Positions 7,514 to 16,248 of a stretch of DNA of 52,525 nucleotides are shown here, in pieces. Made by a program: the position numbers and the translations under genes. The notes under the pieces were generated by a model. That model searched no databases. It was not told the origin of the DNA and worked only from the letters and a program-made list of their open reading frames with translations. The stretch's first letter is position 1; each line of letters begins with the position of its first letter. Location of the stretch: the IMG/VR virus record IMGVR_UViG_3300037524_000555, positions 1 to 52,525 of that record. One strand, 5' to 3'. The DNA comes from a virus. Taxonomy: Duplodnaviria > Caudoviricetes.

Positions 7514-8275
7514 ATGGGCATGGGTGCTGGCTACGGCCAACCGACCGGAACAGGTGGCCAGATGCTGCCTCAACAGCCCCCGACAGGCGGCCAGATGCTC
7601 CAGCAAGGTCCCGGGCAGGGCGGCAAAGGCCAAGGCCTCGGTTCGCTTGCCAGCCGGATCGACCCGCAGATGCTCCAGAGCGCCATGTCGTCCAAGGGCC
7701 AAGCCCGCGGCATGCCGCCGACAGGAGGTCAGATGATGCGTCCTCCGGGCCAGATGATGTCGACGATGGGGCCGGGCAGCGGTGGCGCACCGGGTGGAAT
7801 GCCTCCAACAGGTGGTCAGATGCTCCCTCCTCCGGGCCAGATGATGTCGACGATGGGGCCGGGCAGCGGTGGCGCTCCGGCGGCTCCCCAGCTCACGCCA
7901 TACCAGCAGCTCATGCATGAGCGCGCTCAGGCTGCGCCTGCAATGCCGCCCACAGGCGGCCAGATGCTTCCTCCCATGGGTGGGCAGCGTCCGCCCGGGC
8001 TGCAGGCGATCTACGACAGCTTGTCGACGCAGGGCGGCGGAACTGCGCGTCCCGGTCGGTTCCCCGTGATGAACCCGCGCCCGGACGCCGTGCGACCGCA
8101 ACCACAACCGTCGGCTGCCCAGCAGCAGCTCGCGGCACAGCAGGCGGCAACCGCGGCTCGCATCGCCCAGCGCACAGCTCCGGCCCCGACGCCGGCCGCG
8201 GCAGCTCCAGCTGTGCGAACCGGCCTGTTCCCGGGCCACAGCTTCCGCACTGGCTGGGACGGTCAGGAAAACTGA
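7514..8275 (+). CDS. low-complexity G/P/Q/M-rich repeat protein
   Basis: Strong AGGAGG SD; TGGQM repeated five times; one 29-aa tandem duplication. Confidence 0.7.
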   Translation: MGMGAGYGQPTGTGGQMLPQQPPTGGQMLQQGPGQGGKGQGLGSLASRIDPQMLQSAMSSKGQARGMPPTGGQMMRPPGQMMSTMGPGSGGAPGGMPPTGGQMLPPPGQMMSTMGPGSGGAPAAPQLTPYQQLMHERAQAAPAMPPTGGQMLPPMGGQRPPGLQAIYDSLSTQGGGTARPGRFPVMNPRPDAVRPQPQPSAAQQQLAAQQAATAARIAQRTAPAPTPAAAAPAVRTGLFPGHSFRTGWDGQEN

Positions 8276-8301
8276 CGGAAATTCAGGCTCAGAGGTAAGA
8301 C

Positions 8302-10773
8302 ATGGCCGTCGAGAAAATGATGGAACCCTTCGTGCTACCCGAGGGGGACGAGCCTGAAATTCAGGTAGAAATAGAGAAGCCGGAGGCGATCGTTGTCGAA
8401 ACCGAAGACGGTGGGGTCGAGATTACCTTTGGCGAGGATCCTGAAGAACTCGAAGACGGCACTGACCACGACGCAAACCTTGCAGAGTTCCTCGACGAGA
8501 CGGAGCTGGGTCGCATCGCTTCGGAGCTGGTTACAGCCTTCGAGGTAGACCTGCGCAGCCGCCGCGAGTGGGTTGAGGCCTACATCAGGGGTCTTGAGCT
8601 GCTGGGCATGAAGATCGAGGAGCGCAGCGAGCCGTGGGACGGCGCCTCGGGCGTTTTCCACCCGATGCTGTCCGAAGCCGTCGTGCGGTTCCAAGCGCAG
8701 GCCATGGGTGAGCTGATGCCGGCCAGCGGACCGGCCCGGACCAAGATCCTCGGCAAGATCACGACCGAGAAGTTCGAGCAGGCCATGCGGGTCGAGCAGG
8801 AGCTCAACTACCAGATCACGGAGCGCATCCCGAACTACCGGGAAGAGACTGAGCAGATGCTCTTCAAGCTGCCGCTGGCAGGCTCCGCCTTCAAGAAGGT
8901 CCACTACGACCCGGTCATCAAGCGCCCGCGCGCCGGGTTTGTCGCGGCCGAGGACTTCATCGTCGCCTACACCACGGCAGGTCTGGCCGACTGCCCGCGC
9001 TATACCCACGTCATGAAGCGGACGCCGAACGATGTGCGGAAGATGCAGGTCGGTGGCCTATACCGGGACATCGAGCTCCCCGCGCCGCTGCGCGAAGTGA
9101 GCGACATCGAGGAGGCCTACTCCGAGATCACCGGCATCGAGATCCCGACGGAGCAGGTCGAGACGCACACGCTGCTGGAGATGCACGTCGATCTGTCGCT
9201 CCCGGAGCCGTTTGACGACCCCGAGAAGGTCGATCGGCCCTATGTGGTGACCATCGACAAGACGTCGCGCAAGATCCTGTCCATCTACCGGAATTGGTAC
9301 GAAGACGACGAGACGATGTCGAAGCGCATGCACTTCGCGCACTACCAATACCTACCGGGCATGGGCTTCTACGGGACCGGCCTGACCCACCTGATCGGTG
9401 GCCTGACCAAGACCGCCACCTCGCTCCTGCGCCAGTTGATCGACGCCGGCACCCTGTCGAACCTGCCAGCGGGCCTGAAGTCGCGCGCCCTGCGCATCAA
9501 GGGCGACAACACTCCGCTGCGGCCGGGCGAATGGCGCGACGTGGACGTCGTAGGGGGCACCCTGCGGGAGTCGCTCTTCCCGATGCCCTACAAGGAGCCG
9601 AGCGTGGTCCTGTACCAGCTGCTCGGGAACGTGGTCGAGGAAGGTCGCCGGATCAGCTCCATGGCTGACCTCCAGATCAGCGATATGAGCGCGCAGGCCC
9701 CGGTGGGGACCACTCTGGCGCTGCTCGAGCGGAACATGAAGGTGATGTCGGGCATTCAGCACCGGCTGCACGCGGCGATGTGGCAGGAGCTCAGGCTCCT
9801 TGCGCGCGTCATTCGCGACTTCATGCCGCCTGAATACGACTACGACAGCGAGTCCGGGTTCAACCGGTCGGCCGATTTCAGCTCGGGCGTGGACATCATC
9901 CCGGTGTCGGACCCGAACGCGGCCACCACCGCCCAGCGGATCATGCAGTATCAGGCCGCGCTGCAGATGTCGGCGCAGGCGCCGCAGCTCTACGACATGG
10001 GCAAGCTCCACCGGCAGATGCTGGAGGTGCTGGGCATCAAGGACGCCGCAGACATCATCAAGTTGCCCGACGAGATCAAGCCGAAGGACCCGGTGGCCGA
10101 GAACATGGCCATGCTCAAGCAGGAGCCGGTCAAGGCGTTCCTGTATCAGGACCACGAGGCTCACATCGCCACCCACATGGCGGCAGCGCAGGATCCGAAG
10201 ATCATGCAGCTGGTCGGCCAGTCCCCGTTCGCAAGCGCCATCCAGAGCGCGATGTCTGCTCACATCACCGAGCACGTCGCCATGGCCTACCGCGTGCAGA
10301 TCGAGAAGCAGCTTGGCGTCCAGCTGCCGATGGAAGACGAGCCGATGCCGGAGGATGTGGAACTGGAGCTGTCGCGGCTTGTTGCCGCCGCGGCCGGCAA
10401 GCTGCTCCAGAAGAACCAAGCCGAAGAGGCCCAGAAGCAGGCCGAGGAACAGATGAAGGACCCGCTCACCCAGATCCAGCTCAAAGAGCTCGAACTGGAA
10501 GAGCTGAAGATCACCACGGACGCCGACATCAAGAAGAAGAAGCTCGAGCTGGACGCTCTGAAAGCCGCCGACAATTCGGCTCTGCAGCGCGAGCGCATCG
10601 CGGCCGAGGATCGTCGTGAAGGGGCGCGGCTCGGGGTCCGGGTGGCTGGGGATCTGGTCAACGCCTCCCGCGAGGACAAGAAGCGCGGCGTCGAGCTCGG
10701 GATCGACATCGCCAAGCAGCTGGCGGCCACTGAGGCCGCCAAGAGCAAAGCCACCAAGAAGGACGACAAGTGA
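8302..10773 (+). CDS. portal protein
   Basis: 823 aa downstream of TerL; HPMLSEAVVRFQA, GFYGTGL, APVGTTLALLE motifs; coiled-coil C-terminus. Confidence 0.88.
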   Translation: MAVEKMMEPFVLPEGDEPEIQVEIEKPEAIVVETEDGGVEITFGEDPEELEDGTDHDANLAEFLDETELGRIASELVTAFEVDLRSRREWVEAYIRGLELLGMKIEERSEPWDGASGVFHPMLSEAVVRFQAQAMGELMPASGPARTKILGKITTEKFEQAMRVEQELNYQITERIPNYREETEQMLFKLPLAGSAFKKVHYDPVIKRPRAGFVAAEDFIVAYTTAGLADCPRYTHVMKRTPNDVRKMQVGGLYRDIELPAPLREVSDIEEAYSEITGIEIPTEQVETHTLLEMHVDLSLPEPFDDPEKVDRPYVVTIDKTSRKILSIYRNWYEDDETMSKRMHFAHYQYLPGMGFYGTGLTHLIGGLTKTATSLLRQLIDAGTLSNLPAGLKSRALRIKGDNTPLRPGEWRDVDVVGGTLRESLFPMPYKEPSVVLYQLLGNVVEEGRRISSMADLQISDMSAQAPVGTTLALLERNMKVMSGIQHRLHAAMWQELRLLARVIRDFMPPEYDYDSESGFNRSADFSSGVDIIPVSDPNAATTAQRIMQYQAALQMSAQAPQLYDMGKLHRQMLEVLGIKDAADIIKLPDEIKPKDPVAENMAMLKQEPVKAFLYQDHEAHIATHMAAAQDPKIMQLVGQSPFASAIQSAMSAHITEHVAMAYRVQIEKQLGVQLPMEDEPMPEDVELELSRLVAAAAGKLLQKNQAEEAQKQAEEQMKDPLTQIQLKELELEELKITTDADIKKKKLELDALKAADNSALQRERIAAEDRREGARLGVRVAGDLVNASREDKKRGVELGIDIAKQLAATEAAKSKATKKDDK

Positions 10774-10955
10774 TGGAACCGCTCGCGAAGCTTCGGCGGG
10801 AGCTCACGCAACAGCTCGACGACATGAAGAAGTTCGTGACCGACGGGCACCCGAAGGACTATGCGGACTATTGCAAGGCCGTTGGCTCAATATCTGCGCT
10901 CAATCTCGCGCTTTTCATGCTGGACGAGGCTGAGAAGAACCTTATTGAAGAGTGA
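10770..10955 (+). CDS. small hypothetical head-module protein
   Basis: 61 aa, overlaps portal stop. Confidence 0.7.
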   Translation: MMEPLAKLRRELTQQLDDMKKFVTDGHPKDYADYCKAVGSISALNLALFMLDEAEKNLIEE

Positions 10956-11039
10956 GGCAGTGCTCTGTAGTGTTTGTTTTCACAACGTGGGATGGTCCCA
11001 CGCAGGGTTACAGCGTGCCCGAAACGCTGCGGAGAAGTC

Positions 11040-11408
11040 ATGTACCAGCCTGAGAACGCGCTTGACGAGGGTATGCGCGCCAAACTCCCTCAACCGTCAG
11101 GATACAAGCTCCTGATCGCCCTTCCCAAAGTGACAGAGAAGACCGAGGGCGGAGTGATCCTGCCCGACGAGCGCCGCGATGCCGAGAGCACCGCCTCGAT
11201 GATCGGTTTTGTCGTCTCCATGGGCCCCGATGCGTACAGCGACGACAAGAAGTTCCCGACCGGCCCTTGGTGCAAGGAGGGAGACTTCGTGATGTTCCGC
11301 TCCTACTCCGGCACCCGGTTCAAGGTGATGGGCGAGGAGTTCCGCTTGATCAACGACGACACGGTCGAGGCCGTTGTCGATGACCCACGGGGGTACAGCC
11401 GCGCATGA
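11040..11408 (+). CDS. groES: phage co-chaperonin GroES (Cpn10)
   Basis: EKTEGGVILPD mobile loop, GFVVSMGPDAY, CKEGDFVMF..YSGT, FRLINDD. Confidence 0.9.
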   Translation: MYQPENALDEGMRAKLPQPSGYKLLIALPKVTEKTEGGVILPDERRDAESTASMIGFVVSMGPDAYSDDKKFPTGPWCKEGDFVMFRSYSGTRFKVMGEEFRLINDDTVEAVVDDPRGYSRA

Positions 11409-11644
11409 CCGACCACAAGCCGATGCCCGTCAAGGGTTACACCACGCAGAGCGAGCAGAACATTGCTCTGGTGAACCAGAACAAGCGGATCGAGGAGGCC
11501 GTCCTGCGGCAGCTCGACCTGATCGCAAACGTCGAGGGGGCTGACCCGCGCTGGCTTGCCGTTGGCCGCCGGCACATCGAGCAGGGCTTCATGGAAGTGA
11601 ACCGCTCGATCTTCAAACCCGTTCGTCTGCAGGGAGACATCTGA
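11405..11644 (+). CDS. acb2: Acb2-like cyclic-oligonucleotide sponge (anti-CBASS family)
   Basis: VKGY...NIALVNQNK...DPRWLAVGRRHIEQGFMEVNRSIFKP matches the remembered Acb2 pattern KGY..I.L.N..K..RW.A....Q.G.M...R....P. Confidence 0.75.
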   Translation: MTDHKPMPVKGYTTQSEQNIALVNQNKRIEEAVLRQLDLIANVEGADPRWLAVGRRHIEQGFMEVNRSIFKPVRLQGDI

Positions 11645-11645
11645 C

Positions 11646-12545
11646 ATGGCCGATGAAGGCGAAGAAAAGGACGATTTCGAGATCGAGATCGTCGACGACA
11701 CTCCGGAGGAGGACAAGAACCGTCCCCGCCGCCCAGAAGGTGTCGAGCCCGAGATCCCGTCCGATGACGAGATCGAGCAGTATTCCGAGAGCGTGCAGAA
11801 GCGCATCAAGAAGCTGAAGTACGAGTTCCACGAGGAGCGTCGCCGCGCCGACGAGGAGCGTCGCCAGAAGGAAGAGGCGATCGCCTTTGCCCAGCGCGAG
11901 CGTGCTGAAGCCGAAGCCCTCCGGGCCCGGCTGCAGAAGGGCGACGAGACCATCGTCTCGCAGGCTCAGCTCCGCGTGAAGAGCGAGCTGGAGCAGGCCA
12001 AGGCGAAGCTACGGGCCGCATACGAGGCCGGTGACGCCGATGGTGTCGTCGAAGCGAATGCCACGCTTGCTGCTCTGTCGGCCGAAGCTTCGCGCCTGTC
12101 GAGCTTCAAGCCGCGGCCGGCACAGCCCGCGCAGCAGCCTGCACAGCAATTCGTTCCGCAGGTTCAGGCACCCCCACCCCCGTCGCCACGCGCTGCGGAT
12201 TGGGCCAACAAGAACGGCTGGTTCGGCAAGGATGAAGAGATGACCGCGCTGGCCTTCGGGGTGCATGAGCGCATTATCCGACAAGGAGTTGCGCCAGACA
12301 GCGAAGAGTACTACAATCAGATCGACGCAGCCATCAGGCAGCGTTTTCCGGACAAGGTCGCAACCGAGGTGTCAGCTCCTCGTAGGCAGCCGAGCTCCGT
12401 GGTGGCTCCCGGAGGGCGTGCAAGCCCATCCTCACCACGCAAGGTTGTGCTGACGGCGTCTGAAGTCTCAATCGCCCGGAGGCTTGGGCTCACACCAGAG
12501 CAATATGCGGCGCAGAAATTCAAGGAGCAGCGGAAAAATGGTTGA
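11646..12545 (+). CDS. capsid scaffolding protein
   Basis: Acidic N-terminus, long coiled coil, C-terminal IARRLGLTPEQYA; upstream of capsid genes. Confidence 0.75.
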   Translation: MADEGEEKDDFEIEIVDDTPEEDKNRPRRPEGVEPEIPSDDEIEQYSESVQKRIKKLKYEFHEERRRADEERRQKEEAIAFAQRERAEAEALRARLQKGDETIVSQAQLRVKSELEQAKAKLRAAYEAGDADGVVEANATLAALSAEASRLSSFKPRPAQPAQQPAQQFVPQVQAPPPPSPRAADWANKNGWFGKDEEMTALAFGVHERIIRQGVAPDSEEYYNQIDAAIRQRFPDKVATEVSAPRRQPSSVVAPGGRASPSSPRKVVLTASEVSIARRLGLTPEQYAAQKFKEQRKNG

Positions 12546-12984
12546 CCGGACCCCACGCACGCGGGAGACCCGCGAAACCGAAACTCGGAACACGCCTTGG
12601 CGTCCCGAGGGCACGCTGCCCACCCCCGAACCTCGCGACGGATTGCATTTCCGTTGGGTTCGCACATCGACACTCGGAAACACCGACATGACGAACGTCT
12701 CGCGCCGTTTTCGCGAAGGCTACGCACCAGTCGCAGCGAGTGAGTTCCCGGAGCTGAAGATCCTCTCCGACGTGGACTCCCGGTTCCCCGAGAACATCGA
12801 GGTCGGAGGCCTGCTCCTGTGCAGCATCCCGGCCGAAACGGCTCTCCGCCGTGTGGAAGGTCAGTCTCGCCAAGCGCAAGCTCAGCTGGACGCGGTTGAC
12901 CGGAACTACATGCGGGAGTCAGACCCACGGATGCCCGTGCTCACGCCGGAGCGTTCGTCCCGCACCACCTTTGGCAAGGGATGA
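12538..12984 (+). CDS. head-module hypothetical protein
   Basis: Overlaps scaffold stop; FRWVR, REGY.PV, IEVGGLLLC motifs. Confidence 0.75.
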   Translation: MVDRTPRTRETRETETRNTPWRPEGTLPTPEPRDGLHFRWVRTSTLGNTDMTNVSRRFREGYAPVAASEFPELKILSDVDSRFPENIEVGGLLLCSIPAETALRRVEGQSRQAQAQLDAVDRNYMRESDPRMPVLTPERSSRTTFGKG

Positions 12985-13018
12985 CCTTGCCGTTCCGAAA
13001 CTGAACGGAGGATGAGAA

Positions 13019-13639
13019 ATGGCAACTGTTGCCTCTCCCTACGGTCTTCGTCCGGTCCGCCGGGCGGATGGGATGCCCTACGCGGGCTCCACGACCATGT
13101 ACCTCATCGACCCTGCCGGTGAAGCGACCAACCTGTTCTACGGGCAGGTCGTCCATCTCGGCAACGATGGGTATATCGCACTGTCGACCGCCACCGGCGC
13201 CGACGGCACCACCAACGCGCTACCGACGGGCGGCACCCTCACTGGCTCCATCGGGGTCTTTGTCGGATGCGAGTACGTCAACGCGCAAGGCCAGCTGATC
13301 CACTCGCAGATGTATCCTTCGGGCTACGCTGCTCCGGCGGGGACGCAGATCAAGGCCTATGTGATCGACGACCCCAACGTGCTGTTCCAAGCTCAGCTGG
13401 ACGGCTCGGGTGCTCAGACGATCATCGGGACCAACACCTTCTTCGCTGCGGCTCAGTCGACCTCGACTGGCAACACGCGCACGGGTGTGTCCACCTCGGC
13501 TCTGGAAAGCACTGTCGTGACCACGACCGCCGCCTTCCGGATCGTCGGGCACGTTTCGCCGACCACGGACGCCTTCGTTGACGTTCTGGTCAAATTCAAC
13601 CCGGGCTATCACAGCCTGACCAACGCTGTTGGTCTGTAA
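13019..13639 (+). CDS. putative capsid decoration/cement protein
   Basis: PYGLRPV, GVFVGCEY, VIDDPNVLF; immediately before major capsid gene. Confidence 0.7.
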   Translation: MATVASPYGLRPVRRADGMPYAGSTTMYLIDPAGEATNLFYGQVVHLGNDGYIALSTATGADGTTNALPTGGTLTGSIGVFVGCEYVNAQGQLIHSQMYPSGYAAPAGTQIKAYVIDDPNVLFQAQLDGSGAQTIIGTNTFFAAAQSTSTGNTRTGVSTSALESTVVTTTAAFRIVGHVSPTTDAFVDVLVKFNPGYHSLTNAVGL

Positions 13640-13651
13640 GGAGGGCTGAGC

Positions 13652-14557
13652 ATGGCAATTTCGCGCGCACAACTTCTCAAGGAGCTGCTGCCCGGGCTGA
13701 ACGCGCTGTTCGGTCTCGAGTACGGCAAGTATGAGAACGAGCACTCGGAAATCTACGAGACGGAGAACTCCGATCGCTCCTTCGAGGAAGAGCAGAAGCT
13801 TTCGGGCTTCGGCGCGGCCCCGGTGAAGCAGGAAGGGCAAGCCATCTCGTATGACAACGCACAGGAAGCCTACACGGCTCGCTATGTGCACGAGACGGTG
13901 GCGATGGGCTTCTCCATCACCGAGGAGGCCATGGAGGACAACCTCTATGACTCCCTGTCCAGCCGCTACACCAAGGCGCTGGCCCGGGCTATGGCCTACA
14001 CCAAGCAGGTGAAGGCTGCCGCCCTGCTGAACAACGGCTTCACCTCGTTCAACTCGGGCGACGGTGTGACCCTGTTCGCGACCAACCACCCGACCGTGGA
14101 AGGCGTCACCAACGCCAACCGCCCGACGGTTGCGATCGACCTGAACGAAACCGCCCTCGAAGACGCAGTGATCAACATCGCTGCATATGTCGACGAGCGT
14201 GGCCTGCTGATCGCGGCTCGCCCGCGCAAGCTGATCGTTCCGCCGTCGCTGATGTTCGTTGCCACCCGCCTTCTGCAGACTGAAATGCGGACCGGCACCT
14301 CCGACAACGACATCAACGCGCTGAAGTCCAACGGGTCGATCCCCGAGGGCTACCGCGTGAACCACTACCTGACTGACCCGGACGCGTGGTTCATCACCAC
14401 CGACATCCCGAACGGCATGAAGCACTTCGTGCGGACCGCGATGTCGACTGGAATGGACGGGGACTTTGACACTGGAAATGTGCGCTACAAAGCAAGAGAG
14501 CGTTATTCCTTTGGCGTGTCAGATCCGTTGGGCATGTACGGGAGCCCTGGGGCCTGA
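13652..14557 (+). CDS. major capsid protein
   Basis: MAISRAQLLKELLPGLNALFG, PRKLIVPP, YLTDPDAWF, RYKARERYSFG; strong codon bias. Confidence 0.92.
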   Translation: MAISRAQLLKELLPGLNALFGLEYGKYENEHSEIYETENSDRSFEEEQKLSGFGAAPVKQEGQAISYDNAQEAYTARYVHETVAMGFSITEEAMEDNLYDSLSSRYTKALARAMAYTKQVKAAALLNNGFTSFNSGDGVTLFATNHPTVEGVTNANRPTVAIDLNETALEDAVINIAAYVDERGLLIAARPRKLIVPPSLMFVATRLLQTEMRTGTSDNDINALKSNGSIPEGYRVNHYLTDPDAWFITTDIPNGMKHFVRTAMSTGMDGDFDTGNVRYKARERYSFGVSDPLGMYGSPGA

Positions 14558-14571
14558 GTTACGTTTACGGT

Positions 14572-14630
14572 TGACACCGTAGACTACTCAAGGATAAAGA
14601 AAGGGGGCGGGGCAACTCGCCCCCTTTCGC
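14572..14630 (+). promoter_or_regulatory. candidate promoter plus GC hairpin before the endonuclease gene
   Basis: TTGACA-17 bp-TAAAGA; hairpin AAAGGGGGCG-GGGCAACT-CGCCCCCTTT. Confidence 0.5.
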
Positions 14631-14642
14631 ATTGGAGACATC

Positions 14643-15254
14643 ATGCTCAGAAAAGCCAAGCGCCCCGAGGACTGGGGCCAACGAGAAAAGCACCCGCTCT
14701 ACGGATTGTGGGGGTGGCACAAATACAGGAACCGATACGGCATGGTCCCGGAGTGGGCCTCGGACTTCTGGGCCTTCGTTCGCGGCGTCGGGGAACGTCC
14801 TTCAGACGAGCACCGGCTGCGCAGGCACGAGATAACGCAGCCTATCGGGCCGGACAACTTCTTCTGGGACACCAAGTACGCCCCGGGGTCCAACGAGAAG
14901 AACAGCTTGGAGCAGCGTGCCGCCTACATGCGGGAGTACCGAAAGCGTCGTCCGCGCAATGTGCGTGACGTGGAGCTCAGGCGCAGCTATGGGATAGGTC
15001 TTTCGGAATGGGAGGCAATGTACGCGGCGCAGGGCGGCAAGTGCGCGGTGTGCCGGTCATGCGAGACTGAGAAGAGCCAGAGGTATGCCAACCTAGCGGT
15101 CGACCACTGCCACACCACCGGAAAGGTCCGCGGCCTGCTGTGCAATGCGTGCAACCGGGCTATCGGATTTTTCAACGACGACCCCTCCAAGTTGCGCGCT
15201 GCCGCAGACTATCTCGAGCGCGGAGTGTTACCCGTATCAAATGTCGGAGGTTGA
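14643..15254 (+). CDS. free-standing endonuclease VII-type (HNH) homing endonuclease
   Basis: YGI...QGGKCAVC...LAVDHCHTTGKVRGLLCNACNRAIGFF.D......AADYL. Confidence 0.88.
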   Translation: MLRKAKRPEDWGQREKHPLYGLWGWHKYRNRYGMVPEWASDFWAFVRGVGERPSDEHRLRRHEITQPIGPDNFFWDTKYAPGSNEKNSLEQRAAYMREYRKRRPRNVRDVELRRSYGIGLSEWEAMYAAQGGKCAVCRSCETEKSQRYANLAVDHCHTTGKVRGLLCNACNRAIGFFNDDPSKLRAAADYLERGVLPVSNVGG

Positions 15255-15286
15255 CAGCCCCTAACCTCCCCGGCTATGTTGCCGGC

Positions 15287-15358
15287 AGGTCTCCTCCCAA
15301 CGGGCCTCCTTTCTCCTTTGATGCTACCGAAAAGGGCCCGTTCGAGCGGGCCCTTTTC
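15287..15358 (+). ncRNA. candidate anti-SD small RNA with own promoter and terminator
   Basis: TTGACA-18-TATGTT at 15251-15280; AGGTC-TCCTCCCAACG-GGCCT hairpin; CU-rich tract; terminator. Confidence 0.5.
15330..15358 (+). terminator. rho-independent terminator, potentially bidirectional
   Basis: AAAAGGGCCCG-TTCGAG-CGGGCCCTTTT. Confidence 0.85.
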
Positions 15359-15439
15359 ACTTGTGCGTCTGTGTGTTAGAGTGCCAGCATCCCTGACAGC
15401 TGCATCCTGCAGCTGACCCAACCCAGACAGGAGATTGCA

Positions 15440-15673
15440 ATGGGTACTTCGAGCTTCAGCGGCCCCGTGAACTCTGCCGCAGGCTTTGTCGGCGACCTCG
15501 TCGGCGCGGTCAAACTGCCCGCCTACACCGTCGCCACTGCCCCGTCGGCTTCTGCCGCAGGTGCTGGCGCCACCATCTATGTGTCGAACGGCGCTGCTGG
15601 TGCTCCGACCGTTGCCGTGTCTAACGGGACCAACTGGATCGGCTCCAACGGCATCGCCATCGCGATCGCGTAA
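15440..15673 (+). CDS. small putative virion protein
   Basis: MGTSSFSGPV start, AGGAG SD, Ala/Gly/Thr-rich. Confidence 0.75.
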   Translation: MGTSSFSGPVNSAAGFVGDLVGAVKLPAYTVATAPSASAAGAGATIYVSNGAAGAPTVAVSNGTNWIGSNGIAIAIA

Positions 15674-15681
15674 GGACAGCC

Positions 15682-15816
15682 ATGAAAAACGTCATCAACT
15701 GGCAGCCCGCGAGCCCCGAAGAACTTGCCGCGCGAGGCGTGAAGCCCGCGGCACCGGCCAAGAAGACGGTCAGTGTCAAGGCTTCGGCCACCGTGACCAA
15801 GAAGTCGCAGGAGTGA
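15682..15816 (+). CDS. 44-aa basic hypothetical protein (not in ORF track)
   Basis: AAGGA SD; MKNVINWQPASPEELAARGVKPAAPAKK... Confidence 0.55.
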   Translation: MKNVINWQPASPEELAARGVKPAAPAKKTVSVKASATVTKKSQE

Positions 15817-15965
15817 GCAGTGGCCCGGAAATCCATCTCCGGGACCTCGCCCACTTCGCCAACTCGAAAGGCTCGCCCCTTTGTTCCAAAGCGGGAGCAG
15901 GGGGCGACCGTCGAGAAGGGCTCCACGGGTAAGACGAAGCCAACCAAGCCGAAAAGGAAGGCCAA

Positions 15966-16238
15966 ATGACCGTCATGAATGCCACTGCCAAGCGGTTCAC
16001 CACGACCGGCGCGTGCGGGGTCGGGCGGGCCCGGCTCGCCACTATCCACGTCGTGGCCTCTGGTGCCGCGCGCTTGACGATTGCGGAAGGTGCCGCCGGG
16101 CCGACCAAGCTCGACATCGACTTTGGTGCCGCTGGCACCTTCACGGTCGACATGCCGGGCGACGGGATCATCTTCTCGCAGGATCCGCGCATCGCCACCC
16201 TGACCGCCATCACGTCCGTCAACCTCATCTTCATCTGA
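15966..16238 (+). CDS. small putative virion protein
   Basis: 90 aa, AGGAAGG SD, MPGDGIIF motif. Confidence 0.7.
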   Translation: MTVMNATAKRFTTTGACGVGRARLATIHVVASGAARLTIAEGAAGPTKLDIDFGAAGTFTVDMPGDGIIFSQDPRIATLTAITSVNLIFI

Positions 16239-16248
16239 GGTGTGACAA

